NCBI GenBank assembly: GCA_036273515.1
Contig: DASUHM010000057.1
Coordinates: 1,782-65,781 of the forward strand
Direction: 5' to 3'
From: Gaiellales bacterium
GTDB taxonomy: Bacteria; Actinomycetota; Thermoleophilia; Gaiellales; JAICJC01
DNA length: 64,000 nucleotides
Shown piece after piece: positions 49,482 to 57,580 of this stretch (the first letter of the stretch is position 1; each line of letters begins with the position of its first letter). A model generated the notes under the pieces. That model did not search any database. It was given only the letters and a program-made list of their open reading frames with translations, and had not been told where the DNA came from. The position numbers and the translations under genes were made by a program.

Positions 49482-50387
49482 GTGTCGAAGACCCTGCTCG
49501 GATACCTCGTGCTCGCGGCGGTGCTTGCGGCGGGCGGGGTCGCGCTCGCCGCGACGGGTGAGACGGCGCAACCGGCGCGGAACGGGCGCCTCCCGGTCGT
49601 CGCCGCCGAGAACGCGTACGGCAGCATCGCCGCCCAGATCGGCCGCCGGCGCGTCGCGGTGACGTCGATCCTGAACGACCCGGCGGCCGATCCGCACCTC
49701 TTCACGGCCGACACCAGGACGGCCCTCGCGGTCGCCCGCGCGGCGCTCGTGATCCAGAACGGCGCCGGCTACGACAGCTTCATGGGCAAGCTCGAGTCCG
49801 CCGCTCCCAGCAGCGGCCGGATCGTCGTCACGGTCGCCGACGCGCTGGGCGTCCACGGCGCCGGCGCGAACCCGCATCTGTGGTACGACGTGCCCCGGCT
49901 GGATCGGGTCGCCGGGGCGATCGCCGCAGGTCTCGAGCGGGCCGATCCCCGCCACGGCGCCGCCTACCGGGCCGGCCTGCGCCGGTTCGAGCGCCGGCTC
50001 GCGCCGCTGCGCCGAGAGGTGGCGGCGATCCGCGCCCGCGACGGCGGGGCGCCCGTGGCCTACACCGAGCCGGTGCCGGGCTACCTGCTCGCCGCCGCCG
50101 GCCTGCGCAACGTGACCCCGAGGGCGTTCTCGCGCGCGATCGAGGACGGCAGCGAGCCGACGGCGGCAGCCGTCGCCGGCATGACAGGCCTTCTCACCGG
50201 CCACCGTGTGCGGGTGCTGCTCGTGAACACCCAGGCCGTCTCCCCGATCACCGCGCGCATCCGCTCCGCCGCCGAGGCGGCCGGCATCCCCGTGGTCGGC
50301 GTCACCGAGACGCTCCCTGCGGGCGAGACGTTCGAGGCCTGGCAGATGCGCCAGGTACGGGCGCTGGCACGGGCACTGGGCCGGTGA
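49482..50387 (+). CDS. znuA: metal (zinc) ABC transporter substrate-binding protein
   Basis: 301 aa with a signal peptide and the TroA/ZnuA-type DPHLF and NPHLWYD motifs. Confidence 0.85.
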   Translation: MSKTLLGYLVLAAVLAAGGVALAATGETAQPARNGRLPVVAAENAYGSIAAQIGRRRVAVTSILNDPAADPHLFTADTRTALAVARAALVIQNGAGYDSFMGKLESAAPSSGRIVVTVADALGVHGAGANPHLWYDVPRLDRVAGAIAAGLERADPRHGAAYRAGLRRFERRLAPLRREVAAIRARDGGAPVAYTEPVPGYLLAAAGLRNVTPRAFSRAIEDGSEPTAAAVAGMTGLLTGHRVRVLLVNTQAVSPITARIRSAAEAAGIPVVGVTETLPAGETFEAWQMRQVRALARALGR

Positions 50388-51193
50388 GCGGCGAGCGCAG
50401 AGCCGTCGTCGAGGCCCAGGGCCTGCGCCTCCAGTTCGGCGGGCGGCTGTTGTGGGACGACCTCGGCTTCGACCTGAACGAGGGCGAGTTCCTGGCCGTG
50501 CTCGGGCCGAACGGCACCGGCAAGACGTCGCTCGTGCGCATCCTGCTCGGCCTGCTCGCGCCCACGGCCGGGTCGGTGCGCGTGTCCGGCCAGGCGCCCG
50601 ACCTCGCCCGCGCGAAGGTCGGCTACGTGCCGCAGCAGCGCGCCTTCGACCCCGACGCGCCGCTGCGCGGCTGCGACCTCGTCCGGCTCGGCCTCGACGG
50701 GCACCGCTGGGGCCTCGGCCTGCGCTCGCGCGACGCCGACGAGCGCGTGCGCCGGGCGCTCGCCGACGTCGGCGCCACCGGCTACTGCGACCTGCCCGTC
50801 GGCCGGCTCTCCGGCGGCGAGCAGCAGCGGCTGCGGATCGCCCAGGCGCTCGTCTCCGACCCGGCCCTGCTGCTCGCCGACGAGCCGCTGCTCTCGCTCG
50901 ACCTGGCCTCGCAGCGGGTCGTGGTCGACCTGCTCGGCCGCCGCCGCCGCGACGCCGGCACGCCGGTGGTGTTCGTGACCCACGACGTGAACCCGATCCT
51001 GGGCCTCGCCGACCGCGTCCTCTACCTCGCGCCGGGGCGGTGGGCGATCGGGACGCCGGCCGAGGTGTTGACGACCGAGACGCTCTCGCGGCTCTACGAC
51101 ACGCCCGTCGACGTCCTGCACGTGCGCGGCCGCATCGTCGTCGTCGGCACGCCCGACGACGAGGGCGTCCACCACCACGACCACGCCCACTGA
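50384..51193 (+). CDS. znuC: metal ABC transporter ATP-binding protein
   Basis: Walker A GPNGTGKTS, signature LSGGEQQR and Walker B LLLADEP. GTGA overlap. Confidence 0.9.
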   Translation: MSGERRAVVEAQGLRLQFGGRLLWDDLGFDLNEGEFLAVLGPNGTGKTSLVRILLGLLAPTAGSVRVSGQAPDLARAKVGYVPQQRAFDPDAPLRGCDLVRLGLDGHRWGLGLRSRDADERVRRALADVGATGYCDLPVGRLSGGEQQRLRIAQALVSDPALLLADEPLLSLDLASQRVVVDLLGRRRRDAGTPVVFVTHDVNPILGLADRVLYLAPGRWAIGTPAEVLTTETLSRLYDTPVDVLHVRGRIVVVGTPDDEGVHHHDHAH

Positions 51194-51993
51194 TGTTCAC
51201 CGAGCTGCTCGGCCAGCACTTCGTCCACACGGCGCTCATGGCGGGCGCCGTCGTCGCCGTGACCAGCGGCGCGATCGGGACGTTCGTCGTCACCCGCGGC
51301 GCCAGCTTCGCCGTGCACGCCGTGTCCGAGCTCGGATTCACGGGCGCGGCCGGGGCACTCGTCCTCGGCATCGACCCCGTCGTCGGCATGATGGCCGGGT
51401 CGCTGCTCGTGGGCGGCGTGCTCGGGTTGCTCTCGCTGCGCGGACGCGAGCGCGACAGCGCGATCGGCGCGGTGCTGGCGTTCGGGCTCGGCATCGGCGT
51501 GCTCTTCCTGAGCCTCTACCAGGGCTACGCGACCGAGGCCACGAACCTGCTCTTCGGCAGCATCGTCGGGGTCAGCGAGCGCCAGCTCCTGGTGCTTGCC
51601 GCGGTCGCGGCGATCGTCCTCGCCGGCATCGCGGCCGCCTACCGGCCGCTGCTCTTCTCGAGCATCGACCCGGAGGTGGCCGAGGCCCGCGGCGTGCCGC
51701 TGCGGGCGCTCTCGGTGCTGACGTTCCTGCTCCTCGCGCTCACCACCGCCGAGGCGATCCAGGTCGTCGGCGTGCTGCTCGTCCTGACGCTCGTGATCAC
51801 CCCGGCAGCCGCCGCCCAGCGGCTGACCGCCAACCCTGCGACCGCCATCCTGCTCTCGATCGTGATCGCGCTCGTCGCCACCGAGGGCGGGATCCTGCTC
51901 AGCCTGCAGCAGCCCTGGCCGACGAGCTTCTTCATCAGCACGATCTCGTTCGCGGCCTACCTCGGCGCTAGGATGAGGACATGGTCGTCGTGA
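51193..51993 (+). CDS. znuB: metal ABC transporter permease
   Basis: 266-aa polytopic ORF of the ABC-3 family type. Start overlaps the znuC stop. Confidence 0.85.
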   Translation: MFTELLGQHFVHTALMAGAVVAVTSGAIGTFVVTRGASFAVHAVSELGFTGAAGALVLGIDPVVGMMAGSLLVGGVLGLLSLRGRERDSAIGAVLAFGLGIGVLFLSLYQGYATEATNLLFGSIVGVSERQLLVLAAVAAIVLAGIAAAYRPLLFSSIDPEVAEARGVPLRALSVLTFLLLALTTAEAIQVVGVLLVLTLVITPAAAAQRLTANPATAILLSIVIALVATEGGILLSLQQPWPTSFFISTISFAAYLGARMRTWSS

Positions 51994-52134
51994 GCAGTCG
52001 CCGCTTTACCCCGCCCCGGCCGCAGGCTGGGGTGCTGGCGCGCGCTCGCTCGTAGCCGAGCTCGATCGCCCTCTCCTCCCAGCCGTCCCGCGGCCGGGGA
52101 GTCATGTCCCGCCCTGGAACGAGAGGAAACGGCG

Positions 52135-53259
52135 ATGCCGACCACCATCACACCCGCTGAGCTCGACCGCGCGCTCGCGCTGCGCGACCTGTCCGACCCC
52201 GACCGCGGCCCGCACGCGATGCAGCTGCTCGTCGACGCGATCCGCGCTGCCCTGGAAGGGGCGTGGGGCTGCCCCGTGCGCACCTACCGGGCCGATCCCG
52301 TCGTCACCGTCGAGGACAACTACGGCGTCCTCGGCTACCCGCCCGACGCGCCCGCCCGGGAGGCGCGCTACTCCCGGTACGTCGACGCCGGGCGCATGCT
52401 GCGGGCGCACACCACCGCCATGGTGCCGGCCGCCCTGCGTGCGCTCGCGGACACATCCGACGTCGTCGTCGCCTGTCCCGGGCTCGTCTACCGGCGCGAC
52501 GTCGTCGACCGCCTGCACGTCGGCGAGCCGCACCAGCTCGACCTGTGGCGGGCGCGCCGCGACGCTCCCCTGACCGAGGACGACCTCGACGAGATGATCG
52601 ACCTGGTCGTCGGGGCGGTGCTGCCCGGCGCCAACTGGCACATGCTGCGAACGACGCATCCGTACACGACCGCAGGCCGCGAGGTCGAGGTGCGCGTGGG
52701 GGAGGAGTGGGTCGAGCTGCTCGAGTGCGGCCTGGCCGGGGAGCACGTGCTCGCCGCCGGCGGCCTGAACGGCGACCGCTGGACCGGGCTGGCGCTCGGG
52801 CTCGGCCTCGACCGCGCGCTGATGCTGCGCAAGGGCATCGGCGACATCCGCCTGCTCCGCTCGGACGACGCCCGGGTGGCCGGCCAGATGCGCACGCTCG
52901 AGCCCTACCGCGAGGTGAGCGCGATGCCGGCCACGGGCCGCGACCTGTCGATCGCCGTCGCGGCCGGCGTCGACGACGAGGAGCTGGGCGACCGCGTCCG
53001 CCGGGCGCTCGATCCTCGCGAGCTGGACGCGGTCGAGGAGGTGCGCGTGGTGGGTCAGACGCCGGGCTCCGAGCTGCCGCCGCAGGCGATCGCGCGCATC
53101 GGCCTGCGGCCGGGGCAGAAAAACGTGCTCGTGCGGCTCGTCCTGCGCCATCCCACGCGGACGCTGACCGCGGAGGAGGGAAACGCGATCCGAAACCGGG
53201 TCTACGCGGCTGTCCATGAGGGCGATGCGCACCAGTGGGCGGGTACGGTTGGCGGATGA
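52135..53259 (+). CDS. PheS-like class II aminoacyl-tRNA synthetase core fused to a C-terminal FDX-ACB-like domain (monomeric, mitochondrial-PheRS-like architecture)
   Basis: Motif 2-like GLVYRRDVVDRLHVGEPHQLDLW, motif 3-like GLALGLGLDRALMLRKGIGDIRLLRSDD, and a C-terminal ~95 aa (RDLSIAV...NVLVRLVLRHPTRTLTAEE) resembling the ferredoxin-fold anticodon-binding domain. Confidence 0.65.
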   Translation: MPTTITPAELDRALALRDLSDPDRGPHAMQLLVDAIRAALEGAWGCPVRTYRADPVVTVEDNYGVLGYPPDAPAREARYSRYVDAGRMLRAHTTAMVPAALRALADTSDVVVACPGLVYRRDVVDRLHVGEPHQLDLWRARRDAPLTEDDLDEMIDLVVGAVLPGANWHMLRTTHPYTTAGREVEVRVGEEWVELLECGLAGEHVLAAGGLNGDRWTGLALGLGLDRALMLRKGIGDIRLLRSDDARVAGQMRTLEPYREVSAMPATGRDLSIAVAAGVDDEELGDRVRRALDPRELDAVEEVRVVGQTPGSELPPQAIARIGLRPGQKNVLVRLVLRHPTRTLTAEEGNAIRNRVYAAVHEGDAHQWAGTVGG

Positions 53260-53753
53260 CACGTGGGCAGACGTCGATCCGCCGTGGCGGGCGGCCCTCG
53301 AGGTCGCGCGGTCGTCGTCGATGCGTCCGGCGAGATCGTCGCCGAGGGGCAGAACGCCGTCTACCGCCCCGGCGCCGTCGGGCCCCTCGCCGGGAGTCGC
53401 CTCGCCCATGCAGAGGTGGCTGCGCTCGGCAGCCCGAGCGCCGAGGGCGCCCACGAGGACAGGGCGTTGTACGCGTCGCTCGAACCGTGTCTCCTGTGCG
53501 TCGGCGCCGCCGTCCCTGCACGGAGGTCTGTGGCCCGCTCGACGACGCGATCGGCATGTTCGGAGCCGCGCTTCACGTCGAATTCTTCCTTCGCCGTGAT
53601 CCGGACGGACAGGTCGTGGGGGCCCACCTGGAGCACGCACCCGCTGTGGTTGCGGCCGCCCATGCGCTCGGGCGGCTCTCGCTCCGCGAGACGGCTGCGG
53701 CCGGCATGCCCCTGGCCGCGGTCTTCGACGCCGCCCTCGCCTCACTAGACTGA
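53216..53753 (+). pseudogene. CMP/dCMP-type (TadA/guanine deaminase-like) zinc deaminase with at least two frameshifts
   Basis: The N-terminal piece DDTWADVDPPWRAALEVA is in one frame. The core AVVVDASGEIVAEGQN...HAEVAAL...EPCLLCVGAAV (HAE and PCxxC zinc motifs) is in a second frame, and the C-terminal helices are in a third. Confidence 0.55.
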
Positions 53754-53757
53754 AGGC

Positions 53758-54699
53758 ATGGACGGAACCGCCACGCTCACCCGCGGCTTCGAGCTGCCAC
53801 TGGAGCCGCGCCTGCCGCGGATCGGGGCGGTCGACGCCGTCGCGCTGGAAGCGCGGGCGGCCGACCTGGCCAAGCGCTCGATCAAGCGCGAGTCGAAGCT
53901 GGCGGCGCTCGATCTCATCATCCGCATGACCGACCTGACCACGCTCGAGGGGGCCGACACGCCCGGCAAGGTCGCGGCGCTCTGCCAGAAGGCCGTGCGG
54001 CCCGACCCGCTCGATCCGACCGTGCCGTCCGTCGCCGCCGTCTGCGTCTACCCGAACCTCGTGCCGGTCGCGCGCGAGCGGCTCGGCGCCGACCGGTCGG
54101 TGCGGATCGCGTCGGTGGCGACCGCCTTCCCCTCCGGCCAGTCGCCGATCGAGGTGAAGCTGGCCGACGTGCGCGCCGCCGTCGAGATGGGGGCGGACGA
54201 GGTCGACATGGTGATCGACCGGGGCGCCTTCCTGTCCGGCCGCTACGCCAAGGTCTACGACGAGATCGTGAAGGTGAAGGAGGCCGCCGCCCCGGCCCAT
54301 CTCAAGGTGATCCTCGAGACCGGCGAGCTTGGCACCTACGACAACGTCCGCCGCGCGTCGCTGCTCGCGATGGCCGCCGGCGCCGACTTCATCAAGACGT
54401 CCACCGGGAAGATCAGCCCGGCCTCGACCCTGCCCGTGACCCTGTGCATGCTCGAGGCCATACGCGACGTCGAGGCCGAAACCGGTCGTCAGGTGGGCAT
54501 GAAGCCGGCCGGTGGCATCCGCCACGCCAAGCTGGCGATCCAGCACCTGTGCGTGCTCTCCGAGACGCTCGGCCGCGACTGGCTCACGCCGGAGCGGTTC
54601 CGCTTCGGGGCGTCCTCGCTCGTGAACGACGTGCTGATGCAGATCCGCAAGCAGAAGACCGGCGCGTACCAGTCCCCCGACTACTTCACGGTCGACTGA
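53758..54699 (+). CDS. deoC: deoxyribose-phosphate aldolase (long actinobacterial form)
   Basis: MTDLTTLEG, CVYPNLV, DMVIDRG and FIKTSTGK (Schiff-base Lys) motifs. Confidence 0.88.
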   Translation: MDGTATLTRGFELPLEPRLPRIGAVDAVALEARAADLAKRSIKRESKLAALDLIIRMTDLTTLEGADTPGKVAALCQKAVRPDPLDPTVPSVAAVCVYPNLVPVARERLGADRSVRIASVATAFPSGQSPIEVKLADVRAAVEMGADEVDMVIDRGAFLSGRYAKVYDEIVKVKEAAAPAHLKVILETGELGTYDNVRRASLLAMAAGADFIKTSTGKISPASTLPVTLCMLEAIRDVEAETGRQVGMKPAGGIRHAKLAIQHLCVLSETLGRDWLTPERFRFGASSLVNDVLMQIRKQKTGAYQSPDYFTVD

Positions 54700-56180
54700 T
54701 GTCCGAGATCGAGCACCGCGGTCCGGCCGCGCCGGCGCCCCTCGAGTGGGAGTACGCGCCGGCGCCGGAGGCGCGCGACATCGTCGCGTTCCGGGAGCGG
54801 TACGGGCTCTACATCGGCGGCGACGTGGTCGACCCGCGCTCCGGAGAGTGGTTCACGACCAGCTCGCCGGCCGATGAGTCGCCGCTGGCCGAGGTCGCGC
54901 AGGCGAGCGGGGAGGACGTCGGCCTCGCCGTCGGCGCCGCCCGGGCCGCCTACGAGGACGGCTGGTCGAGCCTGCGCCCGGCCGAGCGGGCCAAGTACCT
55001 GTTCCGGATCGCCCGCATCCTCCAGGAGCGCTCGCGCGAGCTGGCGGTGGCCGAGTCGCTCGACGGCGGCAAGCCGATCAAGGAGTCGCGCGACGTCGAC
55101 CTGCCGCTGGCCGCCGCACACTTCTTCTACCACGCCGGCTGGGCCGACAAGCTCGAGTACGCCTTCCCCAACCGCAACCCGCGGCCGCTGGGCGTCGCCG
55201 GCCAGATCATCCCCTGGAACTTCCCGCTGCTGATGCTGGCGTGGAAGGTGGCGCCGGCGCTCGCGTGCGGCAACACGGTCGTGCTGAAGCCGGCCGAGAC
55301 GACCCCGCTGACCGCGCTCATGTTCGCGGACGTGTGCCACCAGGCCGAGCTGCCCGCGGGCGTCGTCAACATCGTCACCGGCGACGGCTCGACCGGCGCC
55401 GAGCTCGTGCGCAACGAGGGCCTCGACAAGGTCGCGTTCACGGGCTCGACCGATGTCGGCAAGGCCATCCAGCGCGAGCTGGCCGGCCGCGGCATCCCGC
55501 TCACCCTGGAGCTGGGCGGCAAGGCCGCGAACATCGTCTTCGACGACTGCGCCCTCGACCAGGCCGTCGAGGGGATCGTGAACGGCATCTACTTCAACCA
55601 GGGCCACGTCTGCTGCGCCGGCTCGCGCCTGCTCGTCCAGGAGTCGATCGCCGAGCCCCTGATCGCGAAGCTCAAGCGGCGGCTGCAGACGCTGCGGGTG
55701 GGCGACCCGCTCGACAAGAACACCGACGTCGGCGCGATCAACTCGCGCGCGCAGCTCGAGAAGATCCGCGAGCTGGTCGCAAGCGGCGAGGCCGACGGCG
55801 CCGAGATCTACCAGCCCCCGTGCGTGCTGCCCGAGCGGGGCTACTGGTTCGCGCCGACCGTCTTCACCAACGTGGCCCAGTCGAGCCGGATCGCGACCGA
55901 GGAGATCTTCGGGCCGGTGCTCTCGGTGCTCACCTTCCGCACGCCGGACGAGGCCGTCGAGAAGGCGAACAACACGCCGTACGGGCTCTCGGCGGGCGTG
56001 TGGACGGAGAAGGGCTCGCGCATCCTGTGGATGGCGTCGCGCCTGCGCGCGGGGGTCGTCTGGGCGAACACCTTCAACCGCTTCGACCCCGCGTCGCCGT
56101 TCGGCGGCTACAAGGAGTCGGGCTTCGGCCGCGAGGGCGGCCGCCACGGCCTCGAGGCGTACCTGAGGTTCGACAAGTGA
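54699..56180 (+). CDS. aldehyde dehydrogenase family protein
   Basis: 493 aa with IPWNFPLLM, LELGGKAAN and GHVCCAGSR (catalytic Cys) motifs. Confidence 0.92.
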   Translation: MSEIEHRGPAAPAPLEWEYAPAPEARDIVAFRERYGLYIGGDVVDPRSGEWFTTSSPADESPLAEVAQASGEDVGLAVGAARAAYEDGWSSLRPAERAKYLFRIARILQERSRELAVAESLDGGKPIKESRDVDLPLAAAHFFYHAGWADKLEYAFPNRNPRPLGVAGQIIPWNFPLLMLAWKVAPALACGNTVVLKPAETTPLTALMFADVCHQAELPAGVVNIVTGDGSTGAELVRNEGLDKVAFTGSTDVGKAIQRELAGRGIPLTLELGGKAANIVFDDCALDQAVEGIVNGIYFNQGHVCCAGSRLLVQESIAEPLIAKLKRRLQTLRVGDPLDKNTDVGAINSRAQLEKIRELVASGEADGAEIYQPPCVLPERGYWFAPTVFTNVAQSSRIATEEIFGPVLSVLTFRTPDEAVEKANNTPYGLSAGVWTEKGSRILWMASRLRAGVVWANTFNRFDPASPFGGYKESGFGREGGRHGLEAYLRFDK

Positions 56181-56977
56181 GCCGGCTCCCCGTCCGCAAG
56201 ACCTACAAGCTCTACATCGGCGGCGCGTTCCCGCGCTCCGAGTCGGGCCGCACATACGAGGCCGAGGGCCAGAATGTCCCCCGGGCCTCCCGCAAGGACG
56301 CGCGCGACGCGGTGCGAGCGGCGCGTGGCGCCATCGCCAAGTGGTCGGGAGCGACGGCCTACAACCGCGGCCAGGTGCTCTACCGGATGGCCGAGATGAT
56401 GGAGACGCGGGCTTCTGATCTCGCGGCGGTGTGCTCGGGCGAGGCCGAGGTGGAACGGTCGATCGACCGCGTCGTCTGGTACGCGGGCTGGGCGGACAAG
56501 CTGGCGCAGGTGCTCGGCGGCGCGAACCCCGTGGCGGGGCCGTACTTCAACTTCACGATCCCGGAGCCCACCGGCGTCGTCGCGATCGTCGCCCCGCCCG
56601 AGCCCGCGCTCGAGGGGCTCGTGTCGCGGCTGCTGCCGGCGCTCGTCGGCGGCAACACGGCCGTCGTCGCGGCGTCGCGCGACCACCCGCTGGCGGCCGT
56701 CGAGCTGGCCGAGGCCGTCGCGACGAGCGACATGCCGGGCGGCGTCGTCAACATCCTGACGGGCGACCCGGCCGAGATCGCGCCGATCCTGGCCGGGCAC
56801 ATGGACGTGAACGCGCTCGACCTGACGGGCGCCGACGCCGATTCGGCCGCCGAGCTCGAGCGGCTCGCCGCCGAGAACGTGAAGCGGGTGGTGCGCGGCA
56901 GCGCGACCGGGCAGAGCGTGTGGGAGATCGAGCCGCTCGTCGAGGCGAAGACCGTCTGGCACCCGATCGGGGTGTGA
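56177..56977 (+). CDS. aldehyde dehydrogenase-like protein lacking the catalytic domain
   Basis: 266 aa. ALDH N-terminal/cofactor-domain motifs are present (YKLYIGGAFPRSESGR, GGNTAVVAAS, GGVVNILTGD) plus a C-terminal tail (EAKTVWHPIG), but there is no ELGG...C catalytic segment. Confidence 0.75.
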   Translation: MSRLPVRKTYKLYIGGAFPRSESGRTYEAEGQNVPRASRKDARDAVRAARGAIAKWSGATAYNRGQVLYRMAEMMETRASDLAAVCSGEAEVERSIDRVVWYAGWADKLAQVLGGANPVAGPYFNFTIPEPTGVVAIVAPPEPALEGLVSRLLPALVGGNTAVVAASRDHPLAAVELAEAVATSDMPGGVVNILTGDPAEIAPILAGHMDVNALDLTGADADSAAELERLAAENVKRVVRGSATGQSVWEIEPLVEAKTVWHPIGV

Positions 56978-56981
56978 CGGG

Positions 56982-57362
56982 ATGTCCGACTCGGGCGCGG
57001 GCCCCGACATCGTCGTCGCGGCCATGTTCGCGGTCGCGGCGATCCTGGGCGTCCTGGCGTTGCTGCCCGAGGGTCGGCTTGCGAATGCGGTCGGCCCGGT
57101 GGCCGCAGCGCTGGTCGTGCTCGCCGTCGCGGGCGCGGCCGCGATCGCCACGATGAAGGCGAGCGTCTACGCCGACGGCACGAGCCACTGGCACCACATG
57201 TCGCAGCTGCTCGTCCTGGCCGGCGGCGCGGTCTCGCTGGCATCGGCGGCCGTGCTCTTCTCCGCGCAACGCGTCGCCGTGCTGCGCGCCGGCCTGGCCA
57301 CCGGCTCTGCCGGCACGCTGATGCTCGCGATCAGCCCGTTCACCTACCAGACGCCCGGCTGA
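56982..57362 (+). CDS. hypothetical membrane protein (4 TM)
   Basis: 126-aa hydrophobic ORF starting 5 nt after the previous gene. Confidence 0.55.
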   Translation: MSDSGAGPDIVVAAMFAVAAILGVLALLPEGRLANAVGPVAAALVVLAVAGAAAIATMKASVYADGTSHWHHMSQLLVLAGGAVSLASAAVLFSAQRVAVLRAGLATGSAGTLMLAISPFTYQTPG

Positions 57363-57380
57363 CAGCCTGGAGCCGCGACG

Positions 57381-57545
57381 TCAGGTCGCCGGTCGTCGCG
57401 GTGCCGCGACCGAGGCGGCGATCGCGGCGAGGGCGGCGATCACGAAGCCAGAGTCATCCCGGCGCATGCGGCCGTCGTCGCCATCCAGCCGGCGATCAGC
57501 CGGAGAACCGATACCTGCCTGCGTTCCGTCATCTGCGGGTTTCAT
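57381..57545 (-). CDS. candidate small tail-anchored peptide downstream of the reverse transcriptase (speculative)
   Basis: 54 aa: MKPADDGTQAGIGSPADRRLDGDDGRMRRDDSGFVIAALAAIAASVAAPRRPAT. Acidic N-terminal part plus one TM helix. Starts 35 nt after the RT stop. The first ~15 codons are unusually A/T-ending for this genome. Confidence 0.25.
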   Translation of the reverse strand: MKPADDGTQAGIGSPADRRLDGDDGRMRRDDSGFVIAALAAIAASVAAPRRPAT

Positions 57546-57580
57546 CGTCCCCGGGCAAGACGAGTTGAACCGCTCTTGCG

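Noticed and set aside
49401-51494. N-terminal ~700 aa of the 828-aa minus-strand ORF 49008..51494
   Set aside because: Only the last 130 aa (49008..49400) form a Fur/Zur protein with its own ATG. The upstream part is antisense to znuA, znuC and znuB and is Arg/Ala/Pro junk.
52102-54546. 814-aa minus-strand ORF opposite the PheS-like, deaminase and deoC genes
   Set aside because: Antisense GC artefact with no motifs.
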